From: Eledone cirrhosa
Lineage: Eukaryota
DNA length: 64,000 nucleotides
NCBI GenBank assembly: GCA_964016885.1
Contig: OZ024743.1
Span: 224,440,001-224,504,000 of the forward strand
Reading direction: 5' to 3'
This document shows positions 39,170-53,448 of this stretch, piece after piece. The first letter of the stretch is position 1; the number at the start of each line of letters is the position of its first letter. Under the pieces are notes generated by a model that had not been told where the DNA came from, searched no databases, and saw nothing but the letters and a program-made list of their open reading frames with translations. Made by a program: the position numbers and the translations under genes.

Positions 39170-39270
39170 GTACCTCCATTACAACTATAAACAGTAGGGA
39201 ACTTAATACTGATCCCTGATGCACTCCGATCACCACTTCAAACACATCGCTGTGGCTGTCTTTCATCCTT
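39170..39270 (-). mobile_element. RTE RT fragment
   Basis: FEVVIGVHQGSVLSSLLFIVVMEVL (motif GxHQGSxLSPLLF). Confidence 0.75.
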
Positions 39271-40622
39271 AAGACTATATGCACGATATTTCCTCTGCTG
39301 ATACCCCCCCCCCCCCCCCATGTCACAGGCAGCTAGATGATGCTTTGTAACAACCCCCTCCTGCAGAATTACCATTAAATTTTGAAGGTTCCTCTTATCT
39401 CATCCACCAATGTTCTAGAGGAACAAGGGAGGATAAAAGCAGCTTGCTGCGACAAAAGTTTATTCATTCATTTATTTTTTGTGATATGGAAGTTTCGTAA
39501 CTTTCATAAACAGAAGGCAATTAAGTTTCTAAACCTAAGGGGGAAATTAATCTGAAGAAATAAAAAAAAATGTAATTTTTCAAGTTTGAACTGTCACTTT
39601 ATGTGACAGGTCAGTGTTCAATCTTCTGTATTATGAAATTCAACCTGAAACAACTGCTACTTAAAAATTAATTATATTTCAGGCAATTGAATTATAGTTT
39701 TTGAAGGCCTTATTGACCTCATAGGAATAAAAGAAAGATAAATTTATTTTCTAAAATAGATTGTCGAATTTTCATGTAAATATAGCTTGATATTCATAGA
39801 CTGACCCAAGAATGTAGCACCAATGCTGCAAAACTTTATTATGGGCAGTATATGTTGTTTTTGCTGGATTCAGTTGTGCCATATTCTCAACAATAACAGC
39901 TGTTAATTCCCTCTTGGTTTTTGTTCAATTTTTCTTCTGAAAACTGAAACTAGTGGTAGAAATTACTTATATTTGTGGCATTCACAAGTTAACTCTTTAT
40001 ACTAAACTGCCCCTATCTCTGCTATACAAAGCTGTTTATTATAAATTGTTTGTATTGACCTAAAACCTTTAATAACACGAAATGCTGGATTCTAAATGCA
40101 GGAATTGGTATAAATAATAATAGCTTTATAAAATCGGGTAAAATAGTCTTAGGGACAGAAAAGAGTGGCCACTTTCTTTTTGCTGTCGACATTCTAAAAC
40201 TTATTATTTATAATGATTTCTGTGTTATAAACATTTGAATTACCAAACTCATTTTTATATATTTTCTGCTAAATCATTACAAGATGTTAAGAGTTAAGTC
40301 AAGACATTGATTGTTAACTTTTATATTTTCTTGTAAGTGCAAGTTAGAACACTTGACAATGTGTTTTGGGAAATTATGTCCATGTTGTTGATTTATAGAT
40401 TGTTGATACATAAAGATAGGTATGTTTCACAAAATGCTTTGAGATATAGAAGAATTAGGGTTGTTTTATTTACCTTCTCTGAGTAAAAGTCAAGGCAATC
40501 ACTAACAAATTATGAATCTATGCTCTACAGCTATGCTAGTGTGACTATCACAGAGATTCTGTGATTTTTGTGTCATATTTTTATGTGTAATTTTTGTGTA
40601 ATGTTTATTGATAATGTGTGAT

Positions 40623-40663
<41 letters not shown>

Positions 40664-40664
40664 C

Positions 40665-41190
40665 AATCAGGCAAACACACAAGCCAGATTAATTTCTTAC
40701 TTATAAGCCTTCCCAGAGGAAGAATGATAGTAATTAGTGACATCTGGATAAACAGAAGATGGAACAAGATATACAGGAAGATATGGAGATGGAAGGTTTG
40801 GAAACTAAAAGACCTTTCTGTAAAATATAGGTTTAGAAAGGCCCTATGGGATGCATTTGTTGAGAGGGAAGACAAATTAGATACACATGACATAGAGAAC
40901 AATTGGAACTTCTTACTTGACAACCTATTGTGAACTACTGATAAGACTTGTTGCTGGAGCAAAGTGCCAACGAGACAGAAGGTGGGCTGGTGGAGGGACA
41001 AAACAGTGGATAGAGCCATTAAAGCCAAGAGACAGACATGCAAAGATTTTGAAAAATATAAATGTGAGAGAAAGGCAGAGCCTGAATGAACTGAGGGAAA
41101 AAGTTGGGTGCTAGAGAGAAGACTGCATTGATACGGACATGTGCTGCATATGGATGATGATCGCTGAGTGAAGAAGTACCAGGAAAGACG
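40665..41190 (+). mobile_element. RTE LINE fragments (endonuclease-RT linker joined to C-terminus)
   Basis: WRWKVWKLKD..FR..NWNFL..WW, then NVRERQSLNELREK; next to a (TA)n tract. Confidence 0.7.
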
Positions 41191-42502
41191 TTGCCTATGG
41201 TGTTCAAATAATTAAAAAAATAATCAAGAATGTGTGTGTGGGTTAGTAATAACTTTCTCGTTATTTAGTTAATGTTGGGAACATAACATAGTAAAGGTTC
41301 TTACATAAAATTATTATGGTGTGTCTTTTGAACAATCAAAACCAAAACACTGCTTGAGATAGAACCAGGACTGGTTTCAGGCAGTTTGATATCAGATAGT
41401 TTACGATATTACTGCTACTTTCAAGACAAAAAACATTTGAAATATTATTTTGCACTGTCTTCCCAGATGGTCTCCCTATTGCTAAAGTGATTCATGAAAT
41501 TCCATCAGTTACTCCCCGGGGATGTCAAATGAATTTCATATGTTGCACTGTTATTAAAGTGTTTCATATTTATTTATTTTTCCTTTTATGTTTACATATT
41601 CTTTAAATTTTCTTCTGAATTTAATACATTACTTCAGAAATGGCCATGGTTATATAACTGTTCATTGTCTCTTATGGACTGCTTCATCATTAAGGTACAT
41701 TCAGATGAATAGAAACAGTTGGATATCTATTTCATGACATGTGACCTTCATGTTTCTCAAGGGACATTCTTAAGAGAAAGAGAAAAATTTGAATTAATTT
41801 TTTTAGTTCACAAATGTTTCATGTGACAATAGAATTCAATGTCTTGAATATTGAGATAAGGATAAAAATATGGTAACCTTTACAGATAGAGATTTTTTTT
41901 AAAAATCCATTTTAGCTGCGAGAAAAGCTGGATGTAGGAGGAATTAAATGTCATGTGCTGGTATGGTCATGTGATGTGATGTGATGTGAGTGATTGATGA
42001 TTATTAGGTGAAAAAAATGCCGAGAAATTCCAGTGGAAGGGAGGGAGGCCAAAGAAGACTTGAACAGAGGTTATGAGAGCGAATCTTAAATCACTGAAAC
42101 CATTATAAAACAGATGAAAAATGACAATAATGATGGTGAACACTAACTCTTCTGTCAAAAAATTATTTCAAGGAAAACCGTAGAGTTCTGTTGGTTTCAG
42201 TAAAACAACAGATAAATACTAGGTGTTTTTTTTTTCTGTTCAACTCATGCCAGCATGGAAACGTCAACATAAAAAGGATGATGATATTATATTAGTTTAG
42301 TATATTGTCCAGCTATCTTTTATGATATATATACACTATATATATATATATATCATCATCAGTGCTTGAATTGGTTAATTGGATTGTCACATTATGATAC
42401 CACATATATTATGTGGCCACATGAAACTCCTGCAATGTAATTTCTGCTTGGTTTTCTATGACTGGGGGCTTTTTTGTGGCACAGCCACCTTACAGTGTGT
42501 GC

Positions 42503-42533
<31 letters not shown>

Positions 42534-45500
42534 TACACACAACCATTTGCTCAGTTTTGGAAAACAAATAAAGAAGAAAAGAAAAAGACAGAAAAGTTTA
42601 AGAAGAATTTATAGTTTACACCTGCTTGGGTTTAACTGGCCTTCTATAAGGTTTCATCTCATAGGAGGTTTTGTGGGTATTTTAATAATAGTTGGTCCAG
42701 TCTTATCCTGAAAAGCAATTTGAAATGAAGCAACTCGCTCAAAGTTAAGTTAGTAATAGTTTAAAGGTTTATTAAAGCTCATATAGATTTTGATTGCAAG
42801 CAGGGAAAAGCGAACATAAAATCATGATGATGCTGGTGTAATATTAATCAGTTACTTGCTTTGATTATAAGGTCATTGACAGAAATAACATTTGTATTGT
42901 GAGAGCTTGGCTGCTAAATCACTGTTAAAGAGAACTTTATAAGCTGGACAAATATATGGTGGTTATATTGTGAATTGTCTGGTGTTTTTGCTGTGGCAAT
43001 TCATGAAGAGCTTTCTATACTCAAAACCTGAATAGATTATACTTCTATTTACACATGGCCAGGATAGAAAATGTTGCTGCTATCATAGTTTATTTTGTGT
43101 ATCTTAATTATCTAGACAAAATGCTCTAAAGTATTTAGTTACAGCTCTTGTTCAAATCCTGCCATGGTCAACTTTGTTTTTCAGTCTTCAGGGGTCGATA
43201 ATACAAGTACTAGTCAAATATTAAGGTTGATGTAATCATCTCTCCTTGTCCCTCTAAATTGCTGGCCTTTTGCCTTAATGAGAAACCATCATCATTATTA
43301 TTATAGAGATAGGTGATTTGTATGTACAACTTAAAAAATTCTTATTATTTTGGGTGAAGGATTCATTAGAGCATTGGATAAAATACTTCACAGTATTTGC
43401 TGCACCACTTTACATTCTTAGTTCAACTAAGCCTTAGATCCTTCTGGGTTTGATGAAATAAAGTACCAGTTAAGTACTGGGGTTGATTTAATTGACTTTC
43501 TCTTCCCAAAAATTGTTGGCCTTGTGTCTAAATCAGAAACCTTTATTACTGATGTTTAATAGCATTAGGATCGTGTAGGTTACAAGAACTTAGAGAAATT
43601 TATGAATTAAATTTTGTTAATGTGAAAAAACAATTATTGAAAGAGTTGAGCTAATTATTCCTCACTTTAAGTTTATCCTGTAAATCTCTAATTACATTCG
43701 TTATTATATGAATGTTGATTATAGCTAATACATAATGGATCATAACAGCATATGGTAAATTGTAACATTCATTATATGTTACTAGTACAACATGTAATCA
43801 GGAAGATTACATGCTGCACTAGTCAAGAGAAAGGATTGGAAACAGTCACCACACATACTCAAGAGATATAGAAAATATACCCTTGTATTAGAGAGCTTCT
43901 GGAAAAGAACTAATTATATAATGGTTGAAATCCAATGTTTAAATTGATGCCTTAAGCAAGAAAATCTATTCAATTTGGAAATATGAATTGGTTTCACTTT
44001 GTAAAATAAGAGTGCTTATTGCTAGAAAGGATATCTTATATAAAAAGATAACTCTCTTCTGTCCATTCACTTCTTGTATTTAAAGAAATGCAAACTAGAA
44101 ATGAAATGTTGCAGCTCACATCTATGCAGGTTTAACTATGTATTTGCATCTTGGAGATTTCTTGACTGTTTTAAAAAAGGATCCCCCCAAAAAATATGTG
44201 AAATAAAGTGTCTTGTTTAAGAATACAATGTGTCATCCAGTCCAGGAGTCAAACCTACAACCTTATGATAGTGATTCCATCACTCTAACAACTAAAGCAC
44301 ACTAAGTTTGTTCAGATATGAAATATTTTCCTTTGTTTCCTACTCACAGTAAATATATTTTCAACTGAAGTGTGTGTCAGCTAGTGACTCAGATTTAACC
44401 CTGAGCAGCTGGAGACGTGTTTAGTTGACCAGTTGACTACTTTGGTCAGCTGAAATAAAACTGAAACAATCTGCTTGTTTCTAAAATAAATTGTATGACA
44501 GTTCTGTTTCTGTTGTTAATTAACAACAATTTGATATTGAATATGATGAGTAAAACTGTTACAAGTTCTATGCTTTGCGACTGTCATTAGTTGACAGTAA
44601 ATTATAATTGCTTAACAAATATATGACATATCAAATAGAATGCTGGTGTAATATATCTACTTCAGACAGTAGGTGAAACATACAAGGCTCATATTTCTGC
44701 CTAATCTCCCCCATAATAAATCTGGTTGTTTATGTTATTAGTTGTGCTAAATGGATGATGGTGGGGAATTGTTTGGTTGATATTTTAATTTCCTACTCTT
44801 CTGTGGTTTTTTTTTCTTGGGGTGCGGGGTAATGTTTATCATATCACATTACTACCTTTATGTATACTTTAGCTGTGCTATTGAATTACCTACCACTTAG
44901 TAGTCCTGTAAATATGGCATGAGTATATTTGCATATCTTGTTTGGAACTACTTCTATTGTATAATATAAAATGGGAGCAGCTATTCAGATTGTGTGAGAA
45001 ATGTGGAGTCCCTGAGAAAATAGATCAAAATATTTTAATACACAGCGATTGATACTGTATACAATCATGTATATAAATCACACATTTTTCCATGAAAATA
45101 GGACATATCAGTTGGATCTACAAAACAGCAATTCAAAGCATATAGTACATTGTAAAATGTGGTTAAAATGAAGATGTGAAGTTATCAAGGACAATAATAA
45201 TTTAGCAGAAAATATTTAAAAACAAACAGTTTTTTAATTCAAATATCTTTACTAGTGATCATATTGTTTTAAAAACTTGCAGTATTAGATTAATGACATG
45301 GATTTTTATATGATGTAGTTTCATGTGGTATAAGAGGTTAAGCGACAAAGTACACCTTGATGCTGTCTATAAAAAAATGTTTAAGTAAACTTAGAAGATC
45401 CCATTGCAACTATTGGTTAGCCATTGTTTATTGACTATGATTTATGATGTAAAAATAGGGCAAATAATCACTGTAAATAGAATCCGAACTATCCTGACTT

Positions 45501-45908
45501 AACCATCCACTCAAGGAACACAGTATTGACACAGTTTAGTATGTAGGCTAAATTAATTGCTTCTAAGTTAATTTAACTTAGAGGATTTTCTGTGTGTTTG
45601 TGTATGTATGTGTCTGTGTGTGCCTATTGGTCGAGATAGAAGCCAGTTATTTCAATGAATTGCTTCATTTATTTAGGTTACATACATTTTAGGTATAAAC
45701 ACTGGACTTTGTAACTCTTGAGCTGAGCAGTCATTAGTTTTTGGTATGCTTCATAGATGGCTGGCATATCTGAAAATAACTGACATATAATGATATCTAA
45801 TTATTTATTCATTAATTAATAACTCTCTTCAATAATGTTTTATATATATATATATATATATTTTTAAATAAAGTATCTATTAAAATGTCTGCTCTACTAA
45901 TATATGCC

Positions 45909-45970
<62 letters not shown>

Positions 45971-46853
45971 ATATATATATATATCATAGTTTTTATGTCT
46001 GCTTTTCCATGCTTGCATGGGTTGGACAGCTCCTTATCAGCATGGCATCTCTCCATATGTTGCAATCCTTTGTCATCTCCTGATATATATGTAAAATATC
46101 TTCTATTGTTTTAAAGGCATACTACTTTTTTGTTGTTTCCACACTCTCATAATAAACATACTGTAGTTAGATGTCTCTGTGTATGCGTGTGTGTCTGTGT
46201 TTATAAGTATGGTACAGGGTAACATGGTATTATATCCCTTTTCATACAGGGTAGCATGGCCTGAGACCAGCCATGGTTCTACAGTATAAAGATGTTTATT
46301 TTAATTTTTTGTATTTTTCTAAAAGTCTTCCATCATAATTTTAAGTAAGAACCTTTCTTAAGTTATAATCCATACACTAGCGTTAATAATGAGAAAGTTA
46401 GTTTTATTCATTACTAAATTTCCTGAAAGTCTTGATTATTTTCAAAATGATAGGTAGTGTGTTTCATTAGAAACAGTTAAAATAGGACAAACCACCAACA
46501 CATAATTTCTTCACTTGCTAACTTTCTGTGGCATTTTTATTTTCTTCAGGTTTACATATCTCCTTTGGATTTTATTGATTTACCAGAGGACTATAATCTT
46601 TACATCTCATACTTTATCCACCAGGTGAAGTGTTTATATGTATACATTGTCCTATGTTAACAAGTATCTCCCCTGAATATTCCAGGATTCAGAAATCAAG
46701 TAGGGATTTACAGTAGAAAATATAGATTTTACTTTTCAGAATTGTACTTGTCTGGCCAGAGTCAAAGACATACAAAAGCTGTTAAATTCATTTTACTGTT
46801 ATCATTTATTTCTTGGTGTCAAAACTATTTGTGACCTTGTTATATATATATAT

Positions 46854-47780
46854 CAGTGGGGGAGAGTGCTCTGAAAGTACTGTAGCTAGAGTCAGAACTG
46901 GTTGGAAAAAGTTCAGAGAGCTTATACCACTATTAGCTGCTAAAGGGTTCTCCCTAAAAATGAAAGGCAGGTTGTACGATGCCTGCATATGAACAGCAAT
47001 GTTGCATGGCAGTGAGACCTGGGCATTGTGTGCAGAGGATATACGCAGACTAGAGAGGAACGAAGCTTGCATGCTCCGCTGGATGTGTAACAGTAATATA
47101 CGTGAACGGCAAAGCATAAACGAACTAAGGAAAAAATTAGAGATAAGAGGGATCAGATGTTGTTTACTCGAGAGAAGGCTACGTTGGTATGGACACGTGA
47201 TGCGCATGAAAGTCGATAGCTGTATAACAAAGTGCAGGGCAATAAAGATAGACGGTAGTCACGGAATAGGCAGACCTAGAAAAACCTGGGATGAGCTGAT
47301 AAACTCCGACATCACACACTTACACCTCTCCAAGACAATGTCACTGGACCGAGATCTTTGGCGGTACTCAGTAACAGAGAAGACCCGCGTTACCTAAATA
47401 TATAGTAAAACCTACTCCAGCTAGTAGGCATCTCTAACAAAATACACCCCGTCCCGCCACCACTCCCACCCCATCCACACCACCCCGTTCTATGTAAAGT
47501 TATGTTGGTGCCGCGCCATCCAGGCCGAAACAAATGAGATCGTGTAGGTGTCACGACAAAAAAACACACAGTCCACGCTGTAATGTGGCCGTGTAGGCAA
47601 CACGGTAAAAACCTCCCAGACCCACACTGTAAATGTGGTTGGTGTTAGGAAGGGCATCCAACTGTAGAAAACCTGCCAGACAGTCCTATGCGAGCAAGAC
47701 AATCACTCTTGCCTCAAGTGGGACTACCCCCGTCCAAACCCATGCAAGCATGGAACACGGACGTTAAACGTTGATGATGA

Positions 47781-47783
<3 letters not shown>
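46854..47783 (+). mobile_element. RTE LINE 3' end with 3' UTR containing Ceph-like domain and (ATG)n tail
   Basis: MLHGSETW..LERNEACMLRWMC..RRLRWYGHVMRM..GRPRKTW; stop at 47397; continuous to acccatgcaagcatggaacacggacgttaaacgttgatgatgatg. (TA)n on both sides. Confidence 0.88.
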
Positions 47784-47834
<51 letters not shown>

Positions 47835-49814
47835 CTTGTCTCAGGAAAACTAAAACAAAAAAGAAAACACTAGAAAATCTTTAGAAGAGCTGATTAAGGA
47901 AACTTTCCCATGTTTCTCATGCTAACACTGATTCCTCTTAACTAACCTCCAGCATTCTATGTGCTTAATATGGCTGAATCAAAAAATAATTCATCTCTGC
48001 ATAATTGCTGTTTTAAATACTTTCTTCACTTCTGTGGTAGTGGAGGTGGTGGTGTTGATGGTAATGCACCCTCCTCAATCATCTGAACTTTGACAATTTC
48101 CTTTCATTAAACCACTAATATACTGTGTCTTCTCTTTCCTTCTACTGTCACTGCCACCCCCATCATCATCACCCACCCATAACTTGTTTACTACACTATA
48201 AGTTTGCTGCACTTGTCTGTTGTGCATCAAGTAATGTCTATAGTTCCGGAACTTAATAACATTGGCGCTTCTTTTCTGTGTGAGCCTTAACACTAATACT
48301 GTTCTATTCTATCAGCCTGAGTATTAATCCACTACTGTTGCTATTGTTGCAGATTTGACCTGGTTACAGCAATGTTAATGCTCCTCGAATCTAGCTCCTA
48401 ATTAGTTCTCAAAAATTTCCAGTTAATTATATGTCAATATATTTTACTTCTAATTGCTCACTTCTCTCACTTTTATATTTTATTGTCAGATTTAGATTAC
48501 TTTCCCAGAATGTTTTTGGCAACAGTAATGATAGTGTCAGATATGCTTTGTGGCATATAGTTATGTCCCTTTATGTTCTGAGTTAAGCTTTGCCTTTCAT
48601 CCTTAAGGGTTCTATATAATAAAGTACCAGTAATGCACTCACCCCAAAAAATAAAAAATTGTTTGCCTTGTGCTTAAATTAGAAGTTATAATTTCCCCTC
48701 CCTATAGATTGCTGGCTTTGTGCTTAAATTAGAAACCATTGTTTTGTGTCATTAAAGATGAAGTTTAATTCAGACATCTTTATAAGTTTCTATAAGACAG
48801 GGCGTTATAAATTATGGTACAATATGCAACAGTTAACTGTTACTAAATAATCTTTTGTGTGTGTGGGAATGTGTGAGGTGTGTTGAATTGTGCTACATAG
48901 TCTCTCTCTTCTCTCTCTCTAGCACATAGCTGAGTCAATGTTGAACATAGATTAGACACCATACTTCGCCTACAGCAATGACACACTCTCCTTTTTCTCT
49001 GTGTGTGTGTGTGTGTGTGTGCGTGAACATTTTTTGCTAACAAAAAAAAACAAAAACTTAATGTTTTTTTGATGTCTAATTATAAAATTAGACATAGTTT
49101 TGCTACTTAGTAAATGTCTTTAGTTAGAAATGAAGGCCACGTATATTTCTACAGGTTTTCAGGTCATGTAATCTCCCACTCTACAAACTTATTTCTTGTA
49201 CACCTGTTTTAACTTCTTTGTCTCAAATAATTTTGTTTTTAAGCCCTATAACTTTATGCCTGCTTACATTTGCAGTGTCTGTTGTAGTGTGTTATGTAAT
49301 ACAACTGTTGTATTTCCTGTCATAAACACAAAAAAGTGTCTTCCAACTTAATCTGAATTCAAATTCTGACTTGGTCATCTTTGCCATTCATCATTTTGAG
49401 GTTGATGAAAAATAAAGCACCAGTACAGTCCTGGGGTTATTTCCTCTCCCTCTCCTTTTCTAGAACAAATCAACTGTGTTCAAACCTGAAAATGGGATGG
49501 TTTTCACCGGGTTTAAAATGCCCAAGAGACAACGTGTGTCAGTACAGCACCCATACGACTTCACCAAGAGTCATGGGTCTATGTATGCAATGCATATATC
49601 ATCATCATCATCGTTTAACGTCTATCTTCCACGCTAGATATAGTGGTTGTGGTGATGGTATTATGATGGCAGTGGTGGTGATGGTGCTGGCTACAAAATA
49701 ATGAATATTTAGAATAACTGCTATGGGATAGTGGTGTGTGTATCAACAACTACAAATGGCAGTTTTTAAAAAAATAATTTTGTTTATTCCAATTCACCAA
49801 TGGTAGTGGATGGT

Positions 49815-49990
49815 TGATGGTATTACTAAAAGTTATACGAACCATGACAGCACCAATGGTGGTAGATGGTATTACAATAAGATACAAGAACCATGATGGT
49901 ACCAGTGGTGGTAAATGATATTACTAAAATATACAGGAACCATGATGGTAAATGGTATTGCTAAAAAATACAAGAACCCCAACAGCACCA
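49815..49990 (+). repeat. Degenerate tandem repeat, about 49-bp unit, 3-4 copies
   Basis: Recurring atggtattac-aaa-atacaagaaccatga..accaatggtggta. Confidence 0.7.
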
Positions 49991-50370
49991 GAATAGGAAA
50001 CACTTGAAGTTGTTATTTTGAGGAACTAATTATTTTCTAACTTTATTTTCTTCTTCTGACTGTCCGCAATAACTACTTGACTGTAATGACCAGTCCCCAC
50101 CTCCGCCCTCCATCTCCTATTCAACAGGAAAACTCCTCTTGCTGATGCACAGCTGACTTCCTCCTTGTTAACAATTCTAATCATTACTTTCATCTTATTT
50201 TGTTACTCCTTTTGTTTTCCTTTATATATATATGTTTGTTTATTTTTGTTTGACTTTTGCTTTTTCTATTTTGATAATTTTTTTTCCTTTTCTTGCACAC
50301 CCACCCTTTCACACACAACACATGCACACACATGTAAACAAACATATATGCACATATATAAATTTGAACT

Positions 50371-50401
<31 letters not shown>

Positions 50402-51020
50402 ACCAATTACTGACTTCAATTTATATATTTCAATTCCTGATATTTCACTCCTTTACAAAATACAGCCTTACTCCACTTGTTTTTCTAAACATAAACATTG
50501 GAGAAAGGAAAGGAGCTGATTATCAGATCACACATACACACCAAAGTGATGACTATTTCATTTGTTTTTCCATTGGTTGAACTGTTGCAAATCCTGGCAT
50601 GAGGAGGCAGGATTTGAACTCAGAATGTGCAGTACTGTTGTTAGGTTATGTTACAAATACTATCTTAATAATGAAATAATTAATATTGAATTTTGATTGG
50701 TGAAACATGTTTTTCGTGCTGTCAATGGTCACATCTGTTTTCAGTTAGCCAGGTGCTAGGAAATACAAAATCACAGAGAATGTAGAAAGCAGCTGTACAC
50801 TTATGCACGAATTATAAAGTGCACTGGTAGAGGATAACTGAACAACTGTAAAAATTATAGAAATAATTAATTTTAGTAAACCTCTCTAAATAATTAATTA
50901 ATTAATTGAAATACTGTGTATGCTATTAGAAATTTAGTAACGAAAGGGTTATAAGCCTTTTATATTAACCCTGTTGTTGCTTTGCAGAACTCTGATAAAA
51001 AATATTCCAACCATAGCCAT

Positions 51021-51360
51021 TCATCATCATCATTTTACGTCCACTTTTCCCTGCTTGCAAGGGTGGGGCGAGTCCTATTCAGCACAGCATCTCTCCACTT
51101 GTCACGGTCCTTCGTCATCTCCACCGTGAGCTTCAGCAATCTGAGGTCTGCTCTCACCACTTTCACCCATGTTTTTCGTGGTCTTCCTCTACTACGTCTT
51201 CCTCTACTACGTCTTCCTTCAACTGGCATTTCTTGGCACTTCTTCACCCTTCTGTCATCCTCCATGCGCATCACATGTCCATACCATCGCAGTCTCCTCT
51301 CCCGCACACAACAATTTATCCCTCTCAGACACAGTTTCTCTCTCAATACATCCATATATA
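51021..51360 (-). mobile_element. RTE LINE 3' end
   Basis: LREKL..RERRLRWYGHVMRM..GRPRKTW, ending cccttgcaagcagggaaaagtggacgtaaaatgatgatgatg; includes a 15-bp internal duplication. Confidence 0.9.
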
Positions 51361-51571
51361 TTTTTCTTACTGTCATATTACATCAAGAACTCTATTTCCT
51401 AATGTGTTCTTCCATTGTTATAATGGTTGCGTGTAATACAATGAATTGTTGGGTGTTGTTTCTAGCTGGCTGTGTGATTACGTCTCCCATTGTTGTTGTA
51501 GTTGTTACTGTTTCTGCTATAAAAAATACCTTGTCACTTTATTATTTATTTATCTTGTTTTCATTTTCCAG

Positions 51572-51639
51572 TTCCTGAATTCAGTGAGACAATGGTCGAC
51601 CCACATATCTTAATGGAAGCCCGGTTGAACATACTTTAA
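51572..51639 (+). CDS. POMP: POMP exon 6, terminal ([I]PEFSETMVDPHILMEARLNIL*)
   Basis: Long pyrimidine tract and ttccag acceptor; the phase-1 join fits exon 5; 68 nt to TAA. Matches the POMP C-terminus PSQSEVMGEPHLMVEYKLGLL. Total CDS 432 nt = 143 aa + stop. Confidence 0.93.
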
Positions 51640-51693
51640 ACTGACATTATTAAAACACCATTTTCTTGTCTTTTTTTTAAAAGAATCTTTTGA

Positions 51694-51699
51694 AATAAA
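51694..51699 (+). terminator. Candidate POMP polyadenylation signal AATAAA
   Basis: AATAAA 55 nt after the stop codon, followed by T/GT-rich sequence. Confidence 0.5.
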
Positions 51700-51829
51700 T
51701 CTCTTTTCCTCTTATATGTTTTATTGTATTGCTTATCTAAATGACTAATCAACCAAAGTCTGCCCAGTATTAACCCTTTCAATACCAAATCACCTGAAAC
51801 CACCCTTAATTTATAATATAAAACTTCTC

Positions 51830-52125
51830 TTCTTCGCCCACTTCTTCCTGAGAGGGTTGTTGGAGCAGAGTCCTTAAACACTCCTTCCAGTGGGTCTTGT
51901 CAGAAGCAACTGTCTCCAACTGATCCAGGTGGATCCCCAAGCAAGACCAGCCAAACTCATGGATGTTATTCAACAATCTTGCTTGGGTTCTACCCCTGGG
52001 TCTCCTGCCAGTTGGTTTTGCTCGTAAAATCTGTCCAGCAATTCTTTCCTGGGACTTTCTAACCATATACCAATAGTATCGAAGCTGTGATCTCTCAATT
52101 TGGCAAAGTAGCTACTCTACCTGGA
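51830..52125 (-). mobile_element. RTE LINE 3' fragment inside a TTAA MITE
   Basis: QILRAKPTGRRPRGRTQ; paralog of 18524-19150. Confidence 0.85.
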
Positions 52126-53282
52126 GTGTGATACAAAACTACTCATTTTAAAATGTTTATCCTTATATTAAAACTTTACATTTTGATTTTATTTTGTACA
52201 TTTTTCTTATGTAATGTTCTAAATATCAGCTTACTAATAAGTCATTTAGTTATTTTATTAAATTCATCCAAATTCTGAATTATTTTCAAAATTAATTGAA
52301 ACCATAGGCAACATCTTTCATTAGAAATATGGTTGGTAAGGATGAAGGGCTAAACAATCTTGGCTGATTTAACTGCCTCAAACCTTAATGGGGAAGAGCA
52401 GAAAGAATATTTGTCTATAACTGTATCCTAATTTAGATCAGTCAGCACCCCTCCTAAATGTCAACATCTTAGGGATTAACAACATTTGCTACCTCATTTG
52501 AAGGTATGTAGTTTAGGGGTTAGGGTGTTCAGCTCATGGTTATGAGTTCCATTCCCAGTGGCGTGGTGTATCCTTGAGCAAGACACTTTATTTTTTGTTA
52601 CTCTAGTCCATTCAGCTGGAAAAAATGAATTATACCTGTGATTGAAAAGGTACCAGTTTTGTCACATGCTGAATCTCCCTGAGAATTATGTTAAAGTTAC
52701 AAGTGTCTGTGGAATACTCAACCATTTGCATGTTAATTTCACAAGCAGTTCAAACAACTGGAACGCTCATTGGAACCAACAAAGATACAACACAATGCTT
52801 GTTATCTCCTAACTCAAGGAAAAACAGTATAGAGATATAGTCAGGTGGGCAGTGGGGCACCCTGACCATCATCACCATCATCATTATTTGACATTTTCTA
52901 CCCACTGTAAAGTGAAGGCCTCCCCAACCATTTGTGCCTCTCTTATCCATTTGATTTGTGTCCTAATTTTAAGATCTTATTTAGCCCTCTACACTAAAAC
53001 TGGTAGGTCAAAAAAAAGGAGTTGAATACACAAGAAAAATACACTCAGCACAACCAGAAATCAGGAAAAGTTGCACAGATACAAAGCTACAAAGCTACAC
53101 CTGCTTTCTCTTCAACCAAAATATACATGCCTTGTGTACACCTTTGACTGCATGTTAAGGACTGGGTTGTACTGTTACCAAAGGACCCTTAAACTATGTG
53201 TGTGATGAAAAAATGATGACTTATTTGGACAAGATATTTTAACTGCTGCAGTTCTTGCAATATTTCTTTAAAATTTGTGTGC

Positions 53283-53448
53283 TGTAAATGTGGTTGGTGT
53301 TAGGAAGGGCATCCAACTAGAAAACCTGCCAGACAGTCCTATGCGAGCAAGACAATCACTCTTGCCTCAAGTGGGAAAACCCCCGTCCAAACCCATGCAA
53401 GCGTGGAACACGGACGTTAAACGTTGATGATGATGATGATGATGATGA
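53283..53448 (+). mobile_element. Ceph-like domain + RTE tail fragment
   Basis: Nearly identical to 47627-47783. Confidence 0.85.

Noticed and set aside
50982-51578. 198-aa + strand ORF next to POMP exon 6
   Set aside because: It is the antisense reading of an RTE fragment plus the intronic pyrimidine tract.
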